The notes under the pieces are model-generated. The model did not search any database and had not been told where the DNA came from. It saw nothing but the letters and a program-made list of their open reading frames with translations. A program made the position numbers and the translations under genes. Positions 32,590 to 42,393 of a stretch of 64,000 bases of DNA are shown here, in pieces. The DNA comes from an uncultured delta proteobacterium (lineage in GTDB: Bacteria > Myxococcota_A > Polyangia > Fen-1088), in contig CAVTRY010000011.1 in assembly GCA_963737265.1 (NCBI GenBank), forward strand, positions 1,120,001 through 1,184,000. The letters are read 5' to 3'. The number at the start of each line of letters is the position of its first letter. Positions within the stretch are counted from its first letter, which is position 1.

Positions 32590-34562
32590 CCCGGACCTCG
32601 ATCAGCTCCAGAAGCTCGCGCAACTGGAACGGCTTGTTGATACAGGTGATGTCGGGATCTTCCAAAAAGCGCCGAGCCTCGGCGGAGAAGGCCCCGCCGG
32701 TAATGAAGATGAATCGGTCGGCCAGCTCCGGCCATTGCTGCTTGACCGCGGTGTACAACTCGACGCCCGACATGTCGGGCATCTGCAGGTCGCACAGAAC
32801 GACGTCGAAGCGCCGATCCTGACCGAAGTAGCGCAAGGCCTCGCGCGCGCCCAGCTTGGTTTCGATATCGTGATGGGACACCAACATGCGCTGAAAGGCC
32901 TTGAGAAGGAGCGCCTCGTCGTCGATGGCAAGAACGCGCCGCCGCTGGATCGCCTTGAGGGAGGTCAAGCTGGTGCGCGTCCTGGCCATCGGCACCCCGA
33001 CGGCGGCGGGCAAGCGCACGCGAAAAATCGCGCCTCTGCCAGCCTCGCTCTCGGCGGTCAGCTCGCCGCCCGCACGACGGACGATATCCAGCGATATGGG
33101 AAGTCCCAGTCCCGTCCCTAGCTCGGGCGGCTTGGTGGTGAAGAACGATTTCGAAGATGCGCGGCATGATCTCGGGCGAGATGCCCGGCCCGTTGTCCTC
33201 GATCTCGACGACCACATGATTGCCGTCATCGCGGCTGCGCACGTACAGCCGATTTCGCCGCGGATGAAGATCCGCCAGGGCGTGCGCGGCGTTGACCAGC
33301 AGATTCAGGAACACCTGTCCGAGCCGGGCCGCGCTGGCGCGCACCAGTTTGGTCGCACGCAGACTTCGTTCGACCGTCGCACGGTAGCGCAGCTCGCTGC
33401 GCAGCATGGTGAGCGCGGAGTCCACCGCGGAATTCACGTCGGAAAGCGAATTGGCGTCGTCGTCGACGCGCGAGAAAGAATGCAAATCGCGGGCAATGCG
33501 ATGAATGCGCGCCATGCCTTCCTTCGACTCCTGCACCACGGTCATGGCGTCGAAAAGCATGGTCGCCAGGCTGCCATTGTTCGCGTAGATGTTGTCGAAG
33601 CGCAGAGTCTCGTCGACCTTACGCAGAATTCCGGCCAGCGAGTCCACGTTGGCTAAGACGAAAGACGCCGGATTGTTAATCTCGTGCGCTACGCCCGCGG
33701 CGAGCATGCCGATGGAGGCGAGCTTTTCCGACTGAAGTCGGCGCAGCTCACGGTCGCGTTCCTCGGTGACGTCGCGCACGTAGACCAGGGCTCGGCCGCC
33801 GGCCGCGGGATTCGCGCGCACGTCAAGTTGCCGTTCCTTCCAGGTAAGGGTGCGGTTGCACGTCGTGTTCTGCTGAATCGCCTCGCGCGCGAACTCGGCG
33901 AGCGAGTCGCGGAAGTTGCGGCGACTTGTCCCGTCGAGCGCATCCCGAAAGGACACCGGTTGCGGCGTCACCGACGGCTGATCGAGCAAACGACGCCCGG
34001 CTGTGTTCTCGATCAGCACCACGCCGTTGGCGTCGAGCAGAAGCAACCCGTCTTGAAAAACATCGAAGGTCTCGCGAAGAGCGTCGCGTTCGATGCGGAG
34101 CTCTCCCGCCAGCTCTTCCAGCTGGCGTGTCCGCTCGACGACCTTCTCCGCCAATTCGTGGTTGTGGCGTCGCACCTCGTCGGCGAGCGCCTTCGACCGC
34201 AGGGTGGAACCAATGCGGGCCACGATCTCGATCGAGTCGATCGGCTGCACGATGAAATCAGAGGCACCGCTGTCGAGACCGCGCTGGCGGTTTTCGGCCT
34301 GGCGGTCCGATCGGGCGAGAAGGATGACCGGCAGGTTGTTCGTGCGCACATCCGCCTGGATGCGGCGACACACCTCGAAGCCGTCCAGATCCGGCAGATC
34401 GGTCTGCACCAGCGCCAAGTCGCAGGGAGCTCGACCAAGCTCACGCAGAGCCTCGACGCCACTGCTGACGACAAAAACGTCGTGCGCGCTCCGCGCACGC
34501 AACGCCTCCACCACCGAAGACTGCTGCTCGCCGTCCTGTGCGACAAGCAGAATGCGAGCCAT
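32564..34562 (-). CDS. Hybrid sensor kinase (REC-PAS-HisKA-HATPase-REC); +1 frameshift near 33150
   Basis: AGVAHEINNP H-box, QVFLNLLVNA, DNGPGI; other frame continues FFTTK...GTGLGL and a receiver LCDLQMP. Confidence 0.85.
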
Positions 34563-34578
34563 TGGTCTCGCGATCCCC

Positions 34579-35394
34579 TTAGACGGCGCCGACGCGGGTC
34601 TGTCCGGCGGATTCGGGAGAATGCGGCACGGTAAAGCTGAACCGCGAACCCGCCCCAACCGTGCTCGAAACCCACAAATCGCCCCCCATGCGAATGACCA
34701 AGCGGCGGCTCAAGGTCAGCCCCAATCCGCAGCCGTGCAGGTCCTTGCCCGGGCCGCTCTCGACTTGGAAAAAGTCCTCGAATAGTTTGGGGATCTGCGC
34801 GGCGGAAATTCCTATCCCGGTGTCGACCACGTGAACGGCCACCGACCGATCGTACAATTCGGTAGAAACCGTAACCTGGCCGCGGCCGGTAAACTTGATC
34901 GCATTCGCTACCAGGTTCGACAGGACCTGCACGACGCGAGCCGCATCCGCCAGCACGGCTGGCAATGCCCGCGCCGACGGTTCGACCACCAATCCAAGCT
35001 CCTTAGCGCGAGCCGCCGCTTTCTGCTGGCGCACAGCGGTCTGGATCGCATCTTCAAGATTCATCGGCTTGGGATGGAGTGCCAAGTCGCCGCCCTCGAG
35101 GCGCAGAAGATCGATGTAGTCAGCGACGCGCTGGGAAGTCCGCGTGGCGTTGCCCGCGAGGGACTCGATGCACTTGCGCTGCTCTTGAGTCAGCTTCCCG
35201 AGTGCCCCGTCGAGCAAGCGGCGGCACTGCTCGATGGATTCGTCAACGGGCGCGGCCACCTCGTCGCTGAGACGAGCCAGGATGGCCGATGTCTTTGAGC
35301 CGCCACCCTGAAATGCGGCGTGCTCTTGGGTTTTGCGAAGGCGTTTTGTCAGTATGCTTGATTCGTTGCTCATGACTCCCCGTTCGGACGCCAT
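34579..35394 (-). CDS. Histidine kinase-like ATPase lacking the phosphoacceptor His
   Basis: NLVANAIKFT, DTGIGI, GCGLGL; H-box reads LSDEVAAP. Confidence 0.8.
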   Translation of the reverse strand: MASERGVMSNESSILTKRLRKTQEHAAFQGGGSKTSAILARLSDEVAAPVDESIEQCRRLLDGALGKLTQEQRKCIESLAGNATRTSQRVADYIDLLRLEGGDLALHPKPMNLEDAIQTAVRQQKAAARAKELGLVVEPSARALPAVLADAARVVQVLSNLVANAIKFTGRGQVTVSTELYDRSVAVHVVDTGIGISAAQIPKLFEDFFQVESGPGKDLHGCGLGLTLSRRLVIRMGGDLWVSSTVGAGSRFSFTVPHSPESAGQTRVGAV

Positions 35395-35515
35395 TATCCG
35401 GCCAGAACCGCCACGGTTTCAACACCGAACGACGCAAAAGTGGAAATAGATCGGTCGTCGACGCCCGGTGGGGTCTATGCGCGTATCCCGCGGAGTCGTT
35501 GTATAGTTCCGTCCG

Positions 35516-36355
35516 ATGTATTCGGTTCGCGACGTTAGCGCGGTTCTTGGGATTAGCGTTGCGCGACTCCGATCCTACCTCCGCTCGGGGCTGGTGACGC
35601 CGAGCCGCGACGAGAGTCGAAGGTACCATTTCACCTTTCAAGACCTAGTCCTACTGCGCAAAGCGGAGGGGCTTGTCGATCAGCGCATTGCACCTCGACG
35701 AGTTCACCACGCACTACGCGCCCTGATTGAGCACATGCCGCATGGGGTTACCACCGCGGGCGTGCGTTTGTTTGGTGAAGGCAACGAGGTCGTTGTCGAT
35801 GACGGTTCCAGCCTGTGGCACGCGCGGTCCGGACAGACGCTCTTCGACTTCACCTCGCAACCGCTGGCAGACCAGGGGTCGCCGGTCATTCCCTTCAGCC
35901 AGGGCAAGCGCGCCGCGGCCGACGACCCGCAGTCCCCGGCTCTGACGGTGAACGAAATGTATGGACGAGCTTGCGCTCTCGAAGCCACGGCGCCGGAAGA
36001 AGCCAAGGTCGCGTACCGAAACGTTCTCGAACGCGAACCCGAATTCGCGGACGCACACGTCAATCTAGGCCGTCTTCTTCATGAGTCGGGCGAGGTCTAC
36101 GCAGCCCTGGTGCACTACCGCGCGGCTTTGTCCATTCGTCCGAGCGATGCTACCGCAGCGTTCAATGCTGGCGTCGCCCTCGAGGATCTGGGCGCGAACG
36201 CCGATGCCATCGCCGCCTATCGCCGCGCCATCGAAAGCGAACCGCGCAATCCCGACGCCCACTACAATCTGGCCCGGCTATTGGAACAGGCGGGAAAGCC
36301 CGACCTGGCAGTCCGCCACCTGCTGCTTTACCGCCAGCTGCTGAAGAAGCGATGA
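35516..36355 (+). CDS. MerR-type HTH plus TPR protein
   Basis: [13 protein letters not shown]...RYHFTFQDL; TPRs [20 protein letters not shown]. Confidence 0.85.
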   Translation: MYSVRDVSAVLGISVARLRSYLRSGLVTPSRDESRRYHFTFQDLVLLRKAEGLVDQRIAPRRVHHALRALIEHMPHGVTTAGVRLFGEGNEVVVDDGSSLWHARSGQTLFDFTSQPLADQGSPVIPFSQGKRAAADDPQSPALTVNEMYGRACALEATAPEEAKVAYRNVLEREPEFADAHVNLGRLLHESGEVYAALVHYRAALSIRPSDATAAFNAGVALEDLGANADAIAAYRRAIESEPRNPDAHYNLARLLEQAGKPDLAVRHLLLYRQLLKKR

Positions 36356-36843
36356 CCGACGGCGCCGCAAACCTACGATTGTGCGTCGGCACGGCCGCGG
36401 AGATGCAGCAGATCTCCGCGTCCCTTGGCCGCGTGGTCGAGGTGGGGGATGTCGTCGCCCTCACCGGTCCCCTCGGCGCCGGGAAAACCACCTTCGTGCA
36501 GGGCCTGGCCCGCGGCCTCGGCGTCCCCGCCGACCGCCACGTGGCAAGCCCAACCTTCGCGCTCGTCAACGAGCATCCCGGTCGCATCGACTTCGTTCAC
36601 GTGGACTTCTACCGCATCAGTAGTCCGGCCGAGCTCCCCGAGCTCGGCATCGAGGAAGCCTACGACCGCGCCGTCACCGCCATCGAGTGGGCCGAAAGAT
36701 TTCCTGACTGGCTGCCTACCGACACGCTGCACGTCACCATCGAGCCCGAGGTCAGCGGCGCGCGCGTCGTGTACGCCCGCGGCGGCGGCCCGCGCAGCCA
36801 GGCACTGCTTCGCCGTTGGGCGATTTTCGATGGCCAAAGCTGA
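36352..36843 (+). CDS. tsaE: tRNA threonylcarbamoyladenosine biosynthesis ATPase TsaE
   Basis: [29 protein letters not shown]. Confidence 0.95.
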   Translation: MTDGAANLRLCVGTAAEMQQISASLGRVVEVGDVVALTGPLGAGKTTFVQGLARGLGVPADRHVASPTFALVNEHPGRIDFVHVDFYRISSPAELPELGIEEAYDRAVTAIEWAERFPDWLPTDTLHVTIEPEVSGARVVYARGGGPRSQALLRRWAIFDGQS

Positions 36844-37000
36844 AGAACTGTCCAAAAATTGGACAGTTCTTCAGCAGCCGAGCCAAGGGCTCGGCCGCAG
36901 GTGGGGTGAAGTCCGCGAATTTACTTCGCGGACGAGGGGAGGGCAGCAGCCCTCCCTTCAAAAATCTTCAAGACGGGTCCATTTATGGACACGTCTTGAG
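36839..37000 (+). repeat. 162-bp multi-hairpin dispersed repeat, copy 1
   Basis: Inverted near-identical copy at 42232-42393 (2 differences seen). Confidence 0.9.
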
Positions 37001-37014
37001 GCCGCGACCGGTCC

Positions 37015-37554
37015 TCAACCCGTTCGGCACTCAAGAAAGGCCGCCGGCATCGGCACGGCGACCACTTCGCCTCGGGCCGTGGCAACTCCGCCGGCAAACA
37101 CCGTCGTCTCGATGGTGATCTTGCGCCCCTTGATTTCCTTTACCCTCCCGCGCAGCTCCAACTCGCCGTCGATCGGAGTTGGCTTGAGGAAGTCCACATG
37201 CAGCGCCGCCGTGACGTAGCGAAGCCGAGGCTCGGATTCCATGGCGCGACCTTCTGCCCGGTGGGCCGCCGCGGCTGCGGTTCCGGTCCCGTGGCAGTCG
37301 ATGAGAGAGGCGATGAGCCCGCCGTACACGAATCCGGGAATCGCCGTGTGGTACGGGCGCGGTCGGTAGCGAGTAACGCTCTCATCGCCCGCCCAGAAGG
37401 TCCTGATTCGCAGACCGTCTGCATTCAGGCGTCCGCACCCATAGCATTGGGCAACGTTTTCGGGATAGTGGTCCTGGAAAGCTTTTTCCGCCTCGGCAGT
37501 GTTTTGATTCGGATCGTTTGGAATGGCGTGATCGTCGTTACTCATGCTCGCCAT
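37015..37554 (-). CDS. PaaI/hotdog-fold thioesterase
   Basis: CYGCG, GFVYGGLIASLIDCHG, VTAALHVDFLKPTP; start inferred. Confidence 0.88.
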   Translation of the reverse strand: MASMSNDDHAIPNDPNQNTAEAEKAFQDHYPENVAQCYGCGRLNADGLRIRTFWAGDESVTRYRPRPYHTAIPGFVYGGLIASLIDCHGTGTAAAAAHRAEGRAMESEPRLRYVTAALHVDFLKPTPIDGELELRGRVKEIKGRKITIETTVFAGGVATARGEVVAVPMPAAFLECRTG

Positions 37555-37652
37555 CTTGGTCGGTCGATTCACGCAAGTCACGCGGATCTCGACCGCTCCG
37601 CCGGAGTGCGCTCGCACGAGGGACATTCCGGCGGTGGCGGAAGAGTCAGCTA

Positions 37653-39251
37653 TTAGAAAATATAGAAGCCCGAGAACTGCACGCGGTTGTTGGTTCCCTT
37701 GGTACCGTCGAGGTAGGTCTGGCGGAACCAGGCGTATTCCAGGCCGAAGCGGATGGATTGGGTGGCGTCCACGAACAGGTTTCCGTCGGCGAAGTCCGAC
37801 TTGTCGAAGATCTTGCTCGTGGTGTTGGGGCCAGCCTTGTCGACGACGTTCGCGATGTCGTCCGAATTCATGTGCGAGTAGTTGCCGGAAATCCACATGC
37901 GGAACGGTGTGGTGGGGAAGTAGTACTGCACGCCGACGAGAATCGCCTGCCAGCGAATCGCGTGCATCTGGCCGTTGCCGGGCGTGAACACGACCAGTCC
38001 ATTGTCGATATCGGAGGTGAAGTTCGAGGTTGTTCCAGCAGCCGCGGCGGGCGTGGCAAGGCTGACGCCGCCCGTGAGGCCGGTGAACATGTCCGCAATC
38101 GCCTGTCCTCGCGCCAACGAACCCGTCAGGGTGAGGGCATTGTCCCAGTTCGACGCGGTGGCGGGAACAACCGGCAGCAGCGCGTCGACGGAGATACCAT
38201 ACCCGTCGATGGTCTGGGTCTGGTCCGCTGGCTGCACGGCATTGAAAATAGGCAGGCGGAAGCGGCGGGCGACTCCGGAAACGCCGACAGAGAGAGCATC
38301 GACCGACGTGCCCGTTCCACCGGCCGTGCGCATGCCCTTCCAGTCATTGACGATGAGGCGCAAGCCAGCTTGTCCATCCGGCAAGCCGGAATCACGCTGG
38401 GGCGGACGGACGGCCGCGACCGCGACTTCTACGTTCACGACATCGGTCTTGAACATGTGGCTCAGCCGCAATTGAGGCGCACGGGAGTACACCTGGCCCG
38501 GCAGGCCCTGCATGTCGACGCTGTTGGGGTGGAAGTTAGACTGCCATCCGAAGAGCTCCCAGTACTGACCGGCCAACACGTCGACGATGGGCGTCTCGAG
38601 CTTGAGTGCCATGTGGCGAATGCGAAAGGTCGGGCTGGCGAAATACGAGGATTCCGACACCGCGGGCGAGCCGGCCGGGCTGGGCGAGCCTTGCGGCTGG
38701 TTGCCGAGGAAGTCCATCTCGGCGATGCCCGAGGACTTGATCATTTCGCTTTCGGGGCCCTTGAGCTTGAAGCCGAGGCGCGAGTTGCGCGCACCGAAGA
38801 TCATGCGGTCATTGTTTGCCGCGAATGAACCGCTGCGTGCGATTGCAGCGTTTCCAGCCAGGTCGTTGAGGCTTTGGGTGGAGTCATGAATGAAGTCGGC
38901 CTCGACGAATCCGTAAAACGTCGCGCTGAATTTCGACGTCACCGACGGAGGGCCGGACGGCGCGGGCGGGATTGGACTAGTCGGCATCATGAGCGCGGAC
39001 GCCGGCATCGCTGCGGGAGCAGGCGCCGGAGCAGCGACCGGCGGGGCCGCTGCCGGGCTTGAAACAGCGGCGGAGCCGGCTGACTCCGTGGCAGGGGCAC
39101 TGGTTCCGCCGCCTTCCGTCCCTGCCTGGCTGTCGCCCGACTGGGCGAAGGCCGGAGAGGCAGTTGCCAATAGCAGAGAGCCGAGAAGCAGCGGGGACAA
39201 GTGCAAATGAAGCGCCAACGACGAGGCGCGACCCGGGATCTTTCGTTCCAT
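37653..39251 (-). CDS. Outer-membrane porin (DcaP-like)
   Basis: Signal peptide, FYGFVEAD, NSRLGFK, RIRHM motifs, C-terminal YIF; strong SD. Confidence 0.75.
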   Translation of the reverse strand: MERKIPGRASSLALHLHLSPLLLGSLLLATASPAFAQSGDSQAGTEGGGTSAPATESAGSAAVSSPAAAPPVAAPAPAPAAMPASALMMPTSPIPPAPSGPPSVTSKFSATFYGFVEADFIHDSTQSLNDLAGNAAIARSGSFAANNDRMIFGARNSRLGFKLKGPESEMIKSSGIAEMDFLGNQPQGSPSPAGSPAVSESSYFASPTFRIRHMALKLETPIVDVLAGQYWELFGWQSNFHPNSVDMQGLPGQVYSRAPQLRLSHMFKTDVVNVEVAVAAVRPPQRDSGLPDGQAGLRLIVNDWKGMRTAGGTGTSVDALSVGVSGVARRFRLPIFNAVQPADQTQTIDGYGISVDALLPVVPATASNWDNALTLTGSLARGQAIADMFTGLTGGVSLATPAAAAGTTSNFTSDIDNGLVVFTPGNGQMHAIRWQAILVGVQYYFPTTPFRMWISGNYSHMNSDDIANVVDKAGPNTTSKIFDKSDFADGNLFVDATQSIRFGLEYAWFRQTYLDGTKGTNNRVQFSGFYIF

Positions 39252-39370
39252 GTAAGTCTCCTTTTCCTTTGGAATGTTGACCGGAACAGCATCCACGCGG
39301 CTTGTGACAAGAGTGTTACGATGCGGAAACAAATCGGTCTTGTTTCCGAGAGCGCGCAGCCAACCAGCAA

Positions 39371-39402
39371 CGCGCCCGCGCACAAAAAGATGCGCGGGCG
39401 CG
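39371..39402. terminator. GC-rich hairpin, possible terminator
   Basis: CGCGCCCGCGCA-N8-TGCGCGGGCGCG. Confidence 0.45.
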
Positions 39403-39432
39403 ATGAACGGTCAGGCGGAAAAATGAGCGCGG

Positions 39433-39907
39433 CTATTCGCTCGAACTGCTGCAGGGCCGCTTGAATGATCTGCGCCAGATCGACCTGCGGTTGGGCGGGG
39501 GTGCTCCCCGACGTAGACGATGTCGAACTGTAGCTTTGCACATGATGGTGGTGGTGGTGACCAGAAGCGCCTTGCTGCTGCCCAGCGGGCTGCAAATCGG
39601 GCATCTGACCGGTTTGTGCGGCCTGGTCGAACTTGTTGGCCAGATCGGTCAGGCGCTGTGCCTGCGGCCCGGTTGCATTCTGGGCGTCGGCTTTCAAAGT
39701 GTCCGCGATACTCGACATCACCGACTTGAACTTGTCGGGATCGGATTGCTGCAATTGCTGAAGCTGGTTGAGCAGGCTGGCCATCGGCGACATTTGGGTT
39801 GAGTCGCTGACGCTGGCACCGCCCGTGGCGGCCGTCTGTGCGGTCGCAGCTTGCGTGGGATCGAGTGTCGTAATGCCGTAGTTGTTGCCGATACTGCTGA
39901 TGTCCAT
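39433..39907 (-). CDS. Gln/Ser-rich hypothetical protein with His6 tract (stop reached after removing one base near 39444)
   Basis: GGAGG SD before MDISSIG; GHHHHHHV; uncorrected frame would run about 260 bp into the porin gene. Confidence 0.6.
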
Positions 39908-40085
39908 GGTGTCCTCCAAACGTGTTTCTCCCGGCCGTGCTGGCCTACCTAGGCTATCGGAGCTTAGCGAGCCGGTCCTGAGCGGCAATCTTGGCACCGG
40001 CGTGCACGGCCAATTTCGCAGCGGGACGTGCGAACTCTGCAGGCCGATCGGGATCGGCGGCAACCGGCCATCGGCGAAACGGGGG

Positions 40086-40574
40086 CTACGGGTTGGCCTT
40101 CTGAGCCGGCGCACGGTGAAGCTCGATGCGGTCGTTGCGCATCCGACCGGTCCTCGTCATGTTGGGCTCGATGGGATCCTCGGAGCCGCGCCCGGTGGCC
40201 ACCAACTGGTCGGTACCCGCACCTTTGAGCGCCAGCGCATATTTGATCGCCTCGGCTCGCTTCTTCGACAGCGCCAGATCCTTCTTGGCGTCGCCGTTGT
40301 CCGCGGTGTGGCTGACGATTTCCAAGCGAACCGTCGCCTCCCTTACCAGCGCGGCGGCCAAGGCATCCAAAAAGGGCTGTGCTGAATCCGATATCTTGGC
40401 CGTCATGCCGTCGAACCTGATTTCCCGCGCCCGGTCGAGCAGGTCGCTGACGGTTTGGACGTGCGCGGATGAACCGCCGACCTGGCCAGCGGTTCCTGCG
40501 TTACCAGCAAACACAGCCAGCGCGGGCAGCGCAAGGCCGGCGCAAACGAGTGCAAGAAAGCTATGTCGCCGCAT
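40086..40574 (-). CDS. OmpA-family peptidoglycan-binding domain protein
   Basis: Signal peptide; SHTAD...LSKKRAEAIK...GRGSEDP...NDRIE. Confidence 0.85.
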   Translation of the reverse strand: MRRHSFLALVCAGLALPALAVFAGNAGTAGQVGGSSAHVQTVSDLLDRAREIRFDGMTAKISDSAQPFLDALAAALVREATVRLEIVSHTADNGDAKKDLALSKKRAEAIKYALALKGAGTDQLVATGRGSEDPIEPNMTRTGRMRNDRIELHRAPAQKANP

Positions 40575-40668
40575 CGTCGTCGAACCCCATCTGGTTAGGC
40601 CGCTAGTATAGCGCATCGGAACGACGACTTTTCTTGATTGAATCGCCGGCCGTACCTAACGTGAAGGT

Positions 40669-41370
40669 GTGGAGCTCTTCGAAGTCGCGCTGGGTGACTT
40701 GCACCGGGTGGTCGCCGCACCTTGGTGCGAGGTCATCTGCGTCGTCATGGCGTTCGTGTGTGGCGCCATCGTGGGGTTCGAGCGGGAAAAGGGCCACAAG
40801 CCGGCGGGCCTGCGCACGCAGATCCTCATTTGCGTCGGTTCGGCCATTTTCACGGTGATTTCCATGTCGCCCGCCCTCGGCGGCCACGAGCCCGCGCGCA
40901 TCGCCGCGCAAATCGTGACTGGCGTGGGATTTCTAGGCGCGGGCTCGATTCTGCGCGACCGCCACCAGATCACCGGGCTAACCACGGCGGCGACGATCTG
41001 GACGGTTTCCGCCATCGGCATGGCGGCGGGCGCCGGCTACGTCACCGCGGCAGTGCTGCTTTCGCTGGGGGTCTTGTTGGTCCTTGGCAGCTTCCGCAAG
41101 GTCGAGTTCCTGCTCGGCGGCCGTTGCACCTCGGCCAGCGTGGTGATTGTGTATCGTTCGGACCGAGGCAAGACCCGTGCCCTCATCCAAGACGTCCTCG
41201 ACGAGGCCCACGGTCCGGTTCACGTCGCCGCGGAGCAAGATCGCCCGGATGGCACGTCCGAGCTCGCCATGCGCTTCTGCGATAAACACCGCGATCACCG
41301 GGCATTCCTGGCCGTGCTGGCCGCCATGCCGGGCATCGAGGCTCTGGGAAAAGGCACGGCGCCGGAATAG
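40669..41370 (+). CDS. MgtC/SapB family membrane protein
   Basis: GFERE...AGLRT, RIAAQIVTGVGFLGAG, GLTTAATIW. Confidence 0.92.
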   Translation: MELFEVALGDLHRVVAAPWCEVICVVMAFVCGAIVGFEREKGHKPAGLRTQILICVGSAIFTVISMSPALGGHEPARIAAQIVTGVGFLGAGSILRDRHQITGLTTAATIWTVSAIGMAAGAGYVTAAVLLSLGVLLVLGSFRKVEFLLGGRCTSASVVIVYRSDRGKTRALIQDVLDEAHGPVHVAAEQDRPDGTSELAMRFCDKHRDHRAFLAVLAAMPGIEALGKGTAPE

Positions 41371-41415
41371 GGTTGCTTCCTGTATCATCGCGCACACGCT
41401 CGGGCTTGACTGCCG

Positions 41416-41976
41416 ATGAATCGCAGCTTGGAAAATCGCGCCCGCCGCGCGCTCGTCGGTGGCTCGTGGCGAATCGCGCTTGCGGCGGGCACCATCGCCG
41501 GGCTGGCGCTGTGGGGATACGCGGCGGGGCCGGATTCGCCGTGGTTTGCCACCACCGCCGGGTTCACCCTGCTCGGCCTTCTCGACCTGGCCCGATACTT
41601 CGTTCGCCTGTCGCCGCCCCTCGGCGGGGTCAGGCGCTGGGAGCGGCGAAGCGCCTTGTACCGCGTCCTCGGCGTGCGGGCGTTCGGAAGGCTGCTCCGC
41701 CGGCCACCGCGCCGGTTTCTTAATCGCCACGTCTATCGTGTCGCCAGCCACGACGGCAAGAGGCTGTTGCGCGAGCTCGAGGGCGCCGAAGCCGCCCACA
41801 CGATTGCCCTCCTGCTGGTCAGCGTCCACCTGGGACTGGCCGCAGTCGAGGGATGGTGGCGGGCCTTCGCAGGGCTCGCCATCCTCAACCTCGCGGGGAA
41901 TCTCTATCCGATCCTGCACCTGCGCCTGCGCCTCTCGCGCGCCCGCGTGGCGGCGCTCCCGGCGCGCGGTCATTGA
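41416..41976 (+). CDS. Membrane protein, possibly CrtO-like acyltransferase family
   Basis: WE...YRVLGVRAF, AEAAH, NLYPI motifs recalled from that family. Confidence 0.5.
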   Translation: MNRSLENRARRALVGGSWRIALAAGTIAGLALWGYAAGPDSPWFATTAGFTLLGLLDLARYFVRLSPPLGGVRRWERRSALYRVLGVRAFGRLLRRPPRRFLNRHVYRVASHDGKRLLRELEGAEAAHTIALLLVSVHLGLAAVEGWWRAFAGLAILNLAGNLYPILHLRLRLSRARVAALPARGH

Positions 41977-42231
41977 ACCAATATTGAGAAGAGAGGCGCC
42001 TTTCCAGGATCGACCCGCCAACCAGTCGGAGCGATGAATGGTGGTCGTAAACGTCGTCGTGGTCGTGGTGGTGGCCGTGGCCGACTGAATAGGTCAAGAC
42101 ATCTTTGACACTTTCGTGCCAAGACAATGGTTGACACGTATATGTCGGTGGGGACGTTTCCGGAAGGCATTTCCGACGCGGCGAACGGCGAGGACGGCCT
42201 GGCGGCGATGCCGAAAGAAGCCGACTCGGCA

Positions 42232-42393
42232 CTCAAGACGTGTCCATAAATGGACCCGTCTTGAAGATTTTTGAAGGGAGGGCCGCTGCCCTCCCCTCGT
42301 CCGCGAAGTAAATTCGCGGACTTCACCCCACCTGCGGTCGAGCCCTTGGCTCGGCTGCTGAAGAACTGTCCAATTTTTGGACAGTTCTTCAGC
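42232..42393 (-). repeat. 162-bp multi-hairpin dispersed repeat, copy 2
   Basis: Reverse complement of 36839-37000. Confidence 0.9.

Noticed and set aside
42035-42085. GTCGTG/GTGGTC low-complexity run that translates as His/Asp-rich
   Set aside because: Short, intergenic, no credible ORF or second copy in the window.
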